Translations under genes and position numbers: made by a program
Shown: one piece after another, positions 56,801 to 64,000 of the stretch
Layout of the letters: the number at the start of each line of letters is the position of its first letter
How positions within the stretch are numbered: the first letter of the stretch is position 1
IMG/VR virus record: IMGVR_UViG_3300047476_001057
Coordinates: 32,001 to 96,000 of that record
Source: a virus
Strand: one strand, 5' to 3'
Length of the DNA stretch: 64,000 nt
The notes under the pieces: generated by a model
The model's database searches: none
Told to the model about the DNA's origin: nothing
What the model saw: only the letters and a program-made list of their open reading frames with translations

Positions 56801-59800
56801 CTTGAAGAAGGTCAGTATGATGAGAATGACGAGATGCCTGAAGGCTTTGCAGGGCGTGCCCAGAAAGTCAAAGGCTTTGATGGTCAGTCTATCACTACCA
56901 TAGAGCACCGTATTGAACAATACCGTAAGCAGGGTAGGCTTGTAGATGATGTAGAAGGTCAGAAGTCTGTAGAAGAGATTCTTAAAGCCAGCCGTTACAG
57001 AAAACTTACAGAAGAGGAAGTAGAGTTCCTTAAAGATAACAAGGTGGTACTAGGTCCAAAGAAAACCGTAACCGGTGCTTTGGTGTACTACCATAAGCAA
57101 GCAGAACACATACTGTTCCGTACAGACAGTTCTTACATGGTTGTACCGGACGGCATGACCCGCAGCCAGGTAGAGAAGAGACTTGCTGAACTATATAACC
57201 AGGCAGACATCTTTCGTTCCAAGTTACGTAATGCAGATACATATGATGTCACTGCAGATGGTGGTGTGGAGTTTATTGAAGACCAGCTCCGTGATCTGTA
57301 TACCCAGATACATCGTTATTGGGAACCACTACCTCACCGTGTTGCCCATCACAATATGCTGAACTCAATGGAGACTAACGACATTGATCAGCTCATGGAT
57401 CTTACAGCTTCCAAAAAAGCTACACTGCTTCCTGTAAAAGTTAATGAAAGAGGCATTACTGACCTTGGCAAGTCTAAACTCAGTGTTCCTAACATATATA
57501 AGTTTGACCAGGTAGAAACTTCTAAGGTGTCTACTGACATCAGTTCTACTACACAGCTTCAGCATTTGATAGATGCAGACATCAACCTTGACGATAAAGA
57601 GGTGGACTCTAATCTGAAAGATGCAGTGTTGCAGTATCGTAAGCTTACCGGCAGACTTTCTGAGGTGAGCCTGGACAGACTGAACAACATCATCAAAGAT
57701 GAAAATGGTAATGTAGACGTACGTGCTATTATCCGTAGCATGAGAGATGGTCTTGAGTCACAGGGAGCTGACAGCAATACGCTGAAGTTCTTTGAAATTA
57801 GAGACGACCAGCCTGTACACAACATCAATCTTCCTTTGCTGAAGAAGATGTTTACTTACTACTACTTTGCTTTCTACTCTAACAATGTGTTTAACAAACG
57901 TCAGAGTGGTAGAAAAGACTATATCATTACCAGCTGGGGATACAAGCTTATTGAAGACCGTGCTACCGGTGAAATCATTAAGAGTGACGAGATAGCTAAA
58001 GACCCACAGAAGTATAACGACAACTCTAAGTATAAGCTTCGTTATCCTGGTGTAAAGTATGATGCTGCTAATGATCGCTACATCGTAGAGGTGATGGTAC
58101 CACGTCCATACTTTAAGAACCAGGAAGAGATTGACCTGTTTGAGCGTAAGCTCAGTGAGTTCCTTTCTACCCGTATTCCAACAGAGGACAAGCGTTCTAT
58201 GATTGTGGCTAAGGTGGTGGACTTTATTGATGGTGCTTACCAGAATGCTATCGTCATCCCTCAGATCATACATATCCTGTCAGGTTCTGACCTTGACATT
58301 GACTCTCTCTATTCTCATACGTTTGCTACCTATGAAGACTTCAATGGTAAGCAGAAAGTATATGGTGAGGCAAACACTCCTAAAGAGCAGTTTGTGGAAT
58401 ACCTCCAGAGCATGATGGAAGATAAGACGCTTGCTCCACTTGTAAAAGCAGAACTGGATAAGGTTTATAAAGAGCAAGTTACTGATGTACCTGAGTCTTT
58501 AGAGGATCTTGCAGAAGACCTGAACCTGCCGTTCTATAACTATACAAAGGAGCAGTGGATTGCTGCTTTGGATGAACTGCGTAAACAGCGTAATGATTAC
58601 TATGAGCAGGCACAAGCTATAAAGGAAAGGCGTAAGCAAACCCAGGAAATTTACCAGAGACTTAAAGCTGAGAATGAGCAGATGGTGCAGGAGATCACTG
58701 ATGCACTTAAAGCTTCTCTGAAAGCTGAGGGTATTGACACTACACCGGACGAGTTTGCTGAACTTCTTTGGGAACAGACTTCTGTAATGAGAGAGCGTTT
58801 TCGTGAGCAGGGTAGTCTTCGTGAGTCTTTAGAGCAAATGAATTATAGCATTAAGGTGGCTTATGATATAGTGACATCTGCTAATAACAAGATCCGTAAC
58901 TCCCGTAATGAACTGGAGCGTATCAGCAGACTGATGAAAGTGCTTGCTACACTCAACGTACTTGCCCGTAAGAAGATGCCTGTCACTGTAGCTCAGTATA
59001 CTAAGGAAGCATCTAAGAAAGGATCACTTGTACCTGAGACATTACAGAACGACTTGCTCCAGGCTAAGATGGACATCCTTGGTAATCCTTATACGTTTAA
59101 GAAACTATACATACAAGAACGTTCTGACGTTTCCAGGTTTGAGAAGATAGCTGTGGCTATGAAGAAAACCATCAAGGACGTTATCAACAAGAATAACATC
59201 TTCTCACCAGACGGTATTATTGGATCCCGTGACATGGTGAAGAGTTCCGGTGCAGGTATTGGTATTGCTGCCAACATCAACAAGTTTGCTGCTTTTGCTT
59301 CTAAGAAAGGACTTAGACTTAATGCTCCGGTGTGGAGTGTAAACGGTAAGAACTATGTAGACTTCACTGCAGACAGTGAGAGCCGTCCTATCTCAGACAT
59401 TGGTAACGCCCTGGGTATGCAGGCTGACGCCAAGAGTAATCCTATCCCGGCTGTACTTAATCTTAATGAGGTTAGCTTACCTATCACTCTTGTAATGATT
59501 GCACAGAAGCTTCCGCTTGAGATGGCTATCACGATCAACTCTGTACCACTGGTATCTAAAGTGATCCAGCGTGTTATGGAAGAGAAACGTGAGATCCGTA
59601 CCATAGCTGACCTCTTTAACAAACGCAGTCTTACAAGCATAGCCCGTGAAGAAATGAGCACTGCTATCGAGCAGCTCAAAGAAGACGGCTTGCAAGCTGA
59701 GCTATTTGAAGTAGATGATGAACAGAACATCATCTATGACATGGCAGGTAATCCTAAGTTTAAGAAGGACCTAATGCTGGAATATGAGTTTGACTATACT

Positions 59801-62350
59801 CCTGCAGAAAGAACATCTGCAGAAGAGTTTGGTTTCAAGCTTTCTGATAAGATGGGTATACAGTTATCTGATGCTGCTGCCCAGATCTACCTGCTTAACA
59901 AGTACATCCAGACCAGCAACCTTAACAATGACGTGTTTGCTTTGGGATCTATTCTGAATCTTTACAAGAAACTTAAGCCAAGCTGGAAGAGTGTAGACCG
60001 TACGTTGAAGAACTACGATTATTTCACTAGTGTGTTTGCCAATGAGAAGAGCCAGTTTGCCAACATACAAGAGATCCTTGAAAACTCTCCTGAGTTTAAG
60101 CCATTGATACAAGCGTTGAAAGAGCTATCTGAAAATGCAGAGACCATCCTTATAGAACGTCATCCTGTTATGAAAGCCATTGATGATACTATCAAAGGTG
60201 GACTTCAGGCGTTCAACCTGGATGAACAAGTAGAGCAAAGACTTACTGACCAGATAACTAAGTTCTTTATAATCAATAAGTTCAGAGAGGAAACTGAAGC
60301 AGAGCTTAAGGAAGAACTGGCTAAGCCAACTCCTAATCCTCTGACTATCCAGTCACTGAAGAGTGCTCTTGAAATGTTCAAGGCTGATTTCTGGAAGGGT
60401 GAACCTTCTAATGCAGATGTCACTTCTATAGAGCAGGACTTCCAATATCTAAAAGACAACCATGAGGGTAATCCTTTTGTGGACTATCTTAAAGAACGTA
60501 CACGCCAGGGTATGACTTTCGTTGAAGCCCTGAGCCGTATGAAGCTTGAGAAAGAATATGCAGAAAACATCAATGATGGTTTCTTGTTACTACAGAACTC
60601 AGCTGACAGCCGCAGTAAAATCATAGCCCGTAAGTTGTTCCACTATACACTTGTAAAGGACGGTCTTGGTTATGGTTCTAATACGTTCATCAGCTACATC
60701 AATCCTCAGGACCCTCAAACTTTTGAAAAGATATCCAAGTATCTCAACCAGCTGCAGGCAGGCTTGATTGAGTTTAATAAGAAGAACCGTGCTCTTATAC
60801 AAAAAGGTAAGACAGAAAGTTACTACAAGAAGTTCAATGATCTTCTTAATGATTTCTTTGGTAAGAAGACAGACCTCAATGTATACATCAGTTCTATTAT
60901 CAGCCGTATAGGACTTTATGCAGGTAACAATGACATCATGGTGAAGAGCCGTATGGCACTTATCAAAAGCAAGAAGAGCCGTTTTGCCGGTATAGATCCT
61001 GCTTTGATAGAAGAAGAGATGAAGTATCTGCTTCCTGAGACATACAAGCTCAAACCAAAAGAAGTATATACAGAGCTGGAAGACAACCCTGAGAACATAG
61101 AGTTCTGGTTGCCTACTTCTAAAGAAATGGGTGTGGGTAAGATTGTAATAGATACTGCACAGACCTATTCTAATATATCTAACATCATCCTGTCCCAAAT
61201 GAACATCCGCCAGGGTGCACAGTTTAATGGTGACCAGGGTCAGGTGCAGACTTATGTATTCCCGCTGTTTGTAAAGAACAACTTTGGCCAAGTGTTACGT
61301 CTTACAGAAATAGATGGTACACGTCTCAGTGAGAAAGTAATCAACAACCTGACATCAAAACTCCAGGGAAAATCATATAATGATACTGTATCCGGTGTGC
61401 GTGCTACATACGTAGTTGCAGAACAGGAAGGTACAGACAGTATTCTTAACCTTGGATTCAGTGAGCAGGAAGCTCGTGAGCTTTACAAGTTTGCACAGGA
61501 AGATAATGATAACGCATTCCTTGACATCAGCCTTACAGGCAAGTTTGAGCAGGTGCTTCAGAAACTACGTAACGTGTACAAGGTAGAGCCTAAGCGTCTT
61601 AACCTCTTAGCACGTATTGTTAGAAGTGAAGTGATGAACGGTGCTGCTATCACCTTTGAAAAGCAGAAGAACAACTTGTTCTATGTAGACTACACTGTTG
61701 ATACAAAAGACCGTGGTCCTGTACAACGTAAACTTTACTTCCGTCCGAGTGCTGCAGATCCTCTGAGCATCACTATAGAGATGAGAGAAAGAGAAGTAGT
61801 TACCGGTATAGAAACTCTGGTTAAGCTTGAAGATGACATGCGTGAGTTTCCAGCGGTAGAGATCGAGTTTGTAAAACGTGGTAAGCAATTCCGTGGACCT
61901 AAGGTTGCCAAGCCAGCTAACCCTACCACTAAAGAAATGGTAGATGAAGTGGTGAAAACTTACCAGGTTCCTCAGGGCAGAAAGCTTAAAACAAGACTAA
62001 CATTTACTACCTTTGCAGATACACAGTGGAACCTCCAGAAAGAGAACCTCAACCTGGAAAAACTGGTACAGATCTTCAACGATGTACACACTGTTCCATT
62101 GAACCAACCAGCTCCTGTACAGGAAGCTGCACCTGCTCCTTCTTCATTTACTATCCCAGCCGGTTTTGCACTGCGTCCTGGTGCTCCTGATGTAAAGACT
62201 TATGTATCCCAGATGCGTAAAGTGAGTGACAAGAGTGAGGCTGAGCTAATAGAGATGTACAAGAAGATTAACCTTGTTGCTGTCTCTACAGGGAACATAG
62301 ATGATGTAAGAAAGGACAAAGACTCCGGTGAGTGTATAGCAGAACTTTAA
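50837..62350 (+). CDS. Giant virion RNA polymerase (two-barrel, crAss-like) with zincin domain
   Basis: 3837 aa; GSDLDIDS catalytic DxDxD (58289-58303), upstream TRIPTEDKRS and DYFKR motifs; YHEAFH (53714-53728) plus EEYLAD zincin motif. Corresponds to the known crAss-like vRNAP (phi14:2 gp66 type, DFDID). Confidence 0.88.
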   Translation: MNKCSISIQTFADFTKQLLAQDAKYKNFAEVAKFIIKRPGQPDSVKMVALKGLAKIYDQLSKKDNTFSFSADDSKIIDVDLEKDNLETQFKNIAANYQVRPVSGPSIDAIRSDIKNLATLPVLQLQDAVTKIVKDIAALAKTNFRKSADEMVKSIGELYDRAINELAKNTGVSPIIRNSLTQLLNTEKNIATEAASDYIPLKNTIYGDTKLIVKKDGSVFEVLKDNNGKFIDINSQDGTTEVVFDRSAGDQLFNLRVDSSPFVGGNDGTQYIFSHNELRNGMNLRDRTGKVMTNQLLGLDNPLSALEVIASRTEVDRNQDRIRRIRTEIPNRTLETQEVASQQKALLAGSPVLTVFSPVDGAQIQFRIPGQQGAMILYGIDNYAIVYPDNRTVPVDFSESQKELILKLARKNTTNENGVNVTEPLTEEDFYNLKASYEKFKDFKKAVQEILDLNKDQAEVVLPQALVNTYISLARTGETIAVAPTADQQASLSTLLNKEGNPGQISFNVVEALDDENYSEPRRVTKPIMVAKQGGVWTFISDLKGNEMIAVERDGKTEYITFSDYMQNVLNVSPEITIPNFPSAFAWLYQKANGKFQPIALKYTPVETSADIARLAMGFGQLIKKMNDPQAEGPRELRNFNLNNFGFSPYNPTGATSFAGDFDSFKDPSGERSVSIQIHPMTMNWSQVPRDVRKALTIYIDVPVMNAFLQVVRKAAEMPAFKSQKLDLNTTAGRNALVKFIDEDPQLRKELMGAYEDINTHIYRKFQGIGEKLTKTSYNGEFDIPKIYTIMENEKSDLSGRWKLKVKDRQSGKDITNMDNYRSMTTEEVFSFGGIQAVFAGPNVSAVQTVNKPAPVTQNPANNTAADNVPGTTGGMQIDLDFEDGAFELAMDTELFQAYQAGQFQQELDWIKANLPKDITVEDLAEIMDDLKAEGRVLGYFRDRVIYLNEQLSGRGSGYHEAFHGVFRKLMDAATRERYLNLAKEKMGAVSKEQIQEFRQRRSLYHLSNAQVVDRMAEEYLADRFKSYKLEGRGAQEGWLKKLLNLIDSIIRFFNKNYKEIDSLFQRIDTGFYKNAQIVGEFKEGAFEMLPTRSTLVTGPNGKAVQRKNFLNKIEQAQLVNRLAELASFSVGKNFEEKFAAARKELIAELNIDNLVAQNPSEEAAIRARYESILQDKLYTLGVPVSMINETSNAAMDQNISLIQADPAQLAAYNKQQADALKSLKQQVNQKLNKISIANMYFDPEAMLSEEEFDEDDLGDETNYEDSFVNMNTLDGLSRQFRSFFGLISYIHTDDLGIKTTRMVDGATVFDTMMKILADTPVENMMTRMEETLEKMLESENMLAYERLNAVWDKMKKYFGLNEDNQPTRNTNLYNQFIDVFNVADLSTDVYYVNTRNDSSSLRVIDATIQNDINQYYEKLRRKYETSFMKKSVKEREEILRLAKSVIKTEVTTPTDLGSQSFNSLKARAKKVHKALSDMGIVLPLHTITYSLIAIDVKENKVELKPKSKALKQYILDQELINTGAYLDKDFFDKLVRYVDENTNIFDKTVDKDIAADGTLGLSDLEKNQLRLKKRGLGLINSVLKKTGRYVVKYDLDTVVSVFRNAEGKNVYRYVRYTPPLVISQSLRENGWQGTYTNFPVIARFLQDNPLTANKPENLLYLQNLELRTFGGARQTLKGVERDGVTAKTIDTAGYYLSYVLMSMNRKTTVNNNAAITTFSRMLTQNEASNTIYMVPNLYKRMVTSAGYVSEDKQNLVVKGFVDVIKQEYQRIQREWATRNDQNKEKFNNYNAVLNQDGSVNTEDPSLRAYNFNMLADFFEFNNPASRTANPQRADIRNQLIQSAKDGVKFDKLDLGALERELLNYAEEKFAAHLDILKSYKLVEEDQQTGGLTSRLIPDSYSVDGTSVSIETEDSNLESYLKDVYFNVFINNLQVSQFFDGDIAMGVKNFADYFKRQKMNVAAGPSMKSGSHNVAYVDEITFLINESELEEGQYDENDEMPEGFAGRAQKVKGFDGQSITTIEHRIEQYRKQGRLVDDVEGQKSVEEILKASRYRKLTEEEVEFLKDNKVVLGPKKTVTGALVYYHKQAEHILFRTDSSYMVVPDGMTRSQVEKRLAELYNQADIFRSKLRNADTYDVTADGGVEFIEDQLRDLYTQIHRYWEPLPHRVAHHNMLNSMETNDIDQLMDLTASKKATLLPVKVNERGITDLGKSKLSVPNIYKFDQVETSKVSTDISSTTQLQHLIDADINLDDKEVDSNLKDAVLQYRKLTGRLSEVSLDRLNNIIKDENGNVDVRAIIRSMRDGLESQGADSNTLKFFEIRDDQPVHNINLPLLKKMFTYYYFAFYSNNVFNKRQSGRKDYIITSWGYKLIEDRATGEIIKSDEIAKDPQKYNDNSKYKLRYPGVKYDAANDRYIVEVMVPRPYFKNQEEIDLFERKLSEFLSTRIPTEDKRSMIVAKVVDFIDGAYQNAIVIPQIIHILSGSDLDIDSLYSHTFATYEDFNGKQKVYGEANTPKEQFVEYLQSMMEDKTLAPLVKAELDKVYKEQVTDVPESLEDLAEDLNLPFYNYTKEQWIAALDELRKQRNDYYEQAQAIKERRKQTQEIYQRLKAENEQMVQEITDALKASLKAEGIDTTPDEFAELLWEQTSVMRERFREQGSLRESLEQMNYSIKVAYDIVTSANNKIRNSRNELERISRLMKVLATLNVLARKKMPVTVAQYTKEASKKGSLVPETLQNDLLQAKMDILGNPYTFKKLYIQERSDVSRFEKIAVAMKKTIKDVINKNNIFSPDGIIGSRDMVKSSGAGIGIAANINKFAAFASKKGLRLNAPVWSVNGKNYVDFTADSESRPISDIGNALGMQADAKSNPIPAVLNLNEVSLPITLVMIAQKLPLEMAITINSVPLVSKVIQRVMEEKREIRTIADLFNKRSLTSIAREEMSTAIEQLKEDGLQAELFEVDDEQNIIYDMAGNPKFKKDLMLEYEFDYTPAERTSAEEFGFKLSDKMGIQLSDAAAQIYLLNKYIQTSNLNNDVFALGSILNLYKKLKPSWKSVDRTLKNYDYFTSVFANEKSQFANIQEILENSPEFKPLIQALKELSENAETILIERHPVMKAIDDTIKGGLQAFNLDEQVEQRLTDQITKFFIINKFREETEAELKEELAKPTPNPLTIQSLKSALEMFKADFWKGEPSNADVTSIEQDFQYLKDNHEGNPFVDYLKERTRQGMTFVEALSRMKLEKEYAENINDGFLLLQNSADSRSKIIARKLFHYTLVKDGLGYGSNTFISYINPQDPQTFEKISKYLNQLQAGLIEFNKKNRALIQKGKTESYYKKFNDLLNDFFGKKTDLNVYISSIISRIGLYAGNNDIMVKSRMALIKSKKSRFAGIDPALIEEEMKYLLPETYKLKPKEVYTELEDNPENIEFWLPTSKEMGVGKIVIDTAQTYSNISNIILSQMNIRQGAQFNGDQGQVQTYVFPLFVKNNFGQVLRLTEIDGTRLSEKVINNLTSKLQGKSYNDTVSGVRATYVVAEQEGTDSILNLGFSEQEARELYKFAQEDNDNAFLDISLTGKFEQVLQKLRNVYKVEPKRLNLLARIVRSEVMNGAAITFEKQKNNLFYVDYTVDTKDRGPVQRKLYFRPSAADPLSITIEMREREVVTGIETLVKLEDDMREFPAVEIEFVKRGKQFRGPKVAKPANPTTKEMVDEVVKTYQVPQGRKLKTRLTFTTFADTQWNLQKENLNLEKLVQIFNDVHTVPLNQPAPVQEAAPAPSSFTIPAGFALRPGAPDVKTYVSQMRKVSDKSEAELIEMYKKINLVAVSTGNIDDVRKDKDSGECIAEL

Positions 62351-62374
62351 TACCTAACCCTACGAAACATACAT

Positions 62375-64000
62375 ATGGCCTGTCAAGTATTTAGAAATCC
62401 CAAGCGTGAAATCGTTAAGGTGGTTGCACCTAACGGACAACCTTCTAACTTATACAAGGACATCCTTGCCCGCCCTGAAATGCAGGGTAATAAAGAGGCC
62501 GCCTTGGATGCCTGGTTGGTTGCTTATACAGATGATTTTAAGAAAGTCCATGGTGACTGGGAAAAGAGTCCAAAGACTTTTAAAGGAGTGCTGGACAGCA
62601 ATGGTGAGCCAGTATATAACCTTGTATTACCTGGTGCTGTATATAATCTTTCTGATGTAGCAGAACAGTTTGCTTACCAGCAAGAAGAACTTGAGAGAAA
62701 CTTTAGATTCACTTCAGGCTTGACACTCATGAGCCGTGATAAAGCCCAAAGAATAGCAGACTGGGTAGCTAAGAATAACAAATACAACTCTGTCAAAGTA
62801 AGCATCCGTGGTGTAAATGATGGTTCTAAGATTATGTATGCCGTGGATATAGCTGAGAAACCTTTAAAAGAGATTTACAAACTTCAGTCCCAGCAAGCTA
62901 TTGAACTACAGAAAGCCAGGGTAAACCAGGTGATCAACCGTCTTGCAGTTAAGTTTCCAAAACTGGAGACCAGATGGATTAGACCTGAAGATTTGGATCA
63001 AAAAGATCATGCTATAGATGTATCTACTGTACGTGGTTTTGTACGTGACGGTGTAATTTATCTTGTAGAAGGAAGAGCTACTGAGTCAGTAGCTATAGAA
63101 GAATTACTACATCCTTTTATTGAGTCACTGTTTCAAGACAACCTTGCTCTTTTTACAGGACTGTTCAATAAGGGTAAGGAGCGTTACTCGGATCTGTGGA
63201 AAAAGATTCAGGGAGCCTATCTTGACAGCCGTGGTTTTACTGAGGCTGATCGTAAGAAAGAACTTGTCACTCGTGTATTACAGCAAGTATTGCAGGAAGA
63301 CATGAACAATCCTGAGAAATCTTTTCAGGAGCTGAAGTCTCTTTTACAAAGATTCTTTAACTGGCTCAGTGAACTCTTGCAGGAAGTATTTGATATCCGT
63401 ACAGACGGTAACATCATGATCCAGGCATACAACCTGCCTACCAAGATCAGCTACGAAGAGCTTTCTGAAATCATCAACACTAAGAACGTACAGCTTTCTA
63501 CAGCTGTTGCCAATGCTAACTCATACAACACAGACGGTGAAATGGACAACCAGGAACTAAACAGTTCCAAGGACCGTAAGCTTGCCCGTGTAGAGGAGCA
63601 GATGGACATAGTGCGTAAGGTGATTGGTGATCTTAAAAAAGCTAAGGGCACTGATGCTAAGATTGCCACACTTGAAAAGGTGTTGGTTAACTTAAACAAG
63701 TACCGTCAGATCATACAGAATGATGAATACACTGTGTCGGTTACTAACCTTACCGGTGGCGGTGAGATAGATAACCAGCAGGCTTATAATGACTTTAAAG
63801 AGTTTGGTACGTTCATCCACTTTGTACTTGAGAACGTTCAGAAGATGAGCGTTGAGTCAGGTAAGAAAGTAACAACCATTCTTACCCGTGAGATGTTTGA
63901 TATGCTAGCTGACAGCTATCCTGGTGAGTTTAACATCGTTAACCTGGACAGAAACCAGATGTACGAGATGAGCCAGGAGATGATCAGCTATCTTCAGTTC
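62375..64000 (+). CDS. Giant vRNAP-associated cargo protein, N-terminal part (runs off window; not in ORF track)
   Basis: I translated it by hand: open from ATG 62375 (MACQVFRNPKREIVKVVAPNGQPSNLY...) to base 64000 with no stop. Contains degenerate zincin EELLHP (63098) and SVT...GTFIHFVLE (63737-63830). Confidence 0.8.
   Translation, partial: MACQVFRNPKREIVKVVAPNGQPSNLYKDILARPEMQGNKEAALDAWLVAYTDDFKKVHGDWEKSPKTFKGVLDSNGEPVYNLVLPGAVYNLSDVAEQFAYQQEELERNFRFTSGLTLMSRDKAQRIADWVAKNNKYNSVKVSIRGVNDGSKIMYAVDIAEKPLKEIYKLQSQQAIELQKARVNQVINRLAVKFPKLETRWIRPEDLDQKDHAIDVSTVRGFVRDGVIYLVEGRATESVAIEELLHPFIESLFQDNLALFTGLFNKGKERYSDLWKKIQGAYLDSRGFTEADRKKELVTRVLQQVLQEDMNNPEKSFQELKSLLQRFFNWLSELLQEVFDIRTDGNIMIQAYNLPTKISYEELSEIINTKNVQLSTAVANANSYNTDGEMDNQELNSSKDRKLARVEEQMDIVRKVIGDLKKAKGTDAKIATLEKVLVNLNKYRQIIQNDEYTVSVTNLTGGGEIDNQQAYNDFKEFGTFIHFVLENVQKMSVESGKKVTTILTREMFDMLADSYPGEFNIVNLDRNQMYEMSQEMISYLQF

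Noticed and set aside
62406-62660. 84-aa + strand ORF in the track
   Set aside because: Out of frame inside the real long ORF starting at 62375.
1-64000. Stop-codon reassignment, programmed frameshifts, introns or inteins
   Set aside because: Genes up to 11.5 kb are uninterrupted under the standard code and tile the window. No split genes or intein-type motifs noticed.

Overview
This window is the virion-gene half of a crAss-like (Crassvirales-type, Bacteroidota-infecting) podophage. All credible genes are on the + strand, in this order: portal (5' end outside the window), putative scaffold, major capsid protein, capsid and connector genes, a ~20 kb cassette of fibre/adhesin and Cys-rich FN3 proteins, a metallophosphoesterase, an HU/IHF-like protein, two ring proteins, the tail stabilisation (muzzle) protein, then six large cargo/ejection genes. 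These six include a 3837-aa virion RNA polymerase (DLDID catalytic motif, zincin domain) and a last giant ORF that runs off the 3' end. The ORF track misses two real ORFs (9271-9420 and 62375->64000). Most interesting observations: (1) Two adjacent cargo proteins (37677-44450) are built from small unrelated modules separated by about 17 [M/F/Y/W/K/A]-x-x-G-G motifs. This suggests an undescribed di-glycine polyprotein processing or module-shuffling system, and one of these proteins carries an internal near-duplicate of its own start (MKIRIT). (2) A ~215-nt structured intergenic element (4789-5002) contains a clean three-way junction whose two loops both carry 6-nt palindromes. (3) A repeated promoter-like motif precedes five gene blocks, and the two capsid-shell genes share a leader sequence. 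I found no tRNA, CRISPR array, reverse transcriptase, intron or codon reassignment. Family names come from my recall of motifs, not from database searches.
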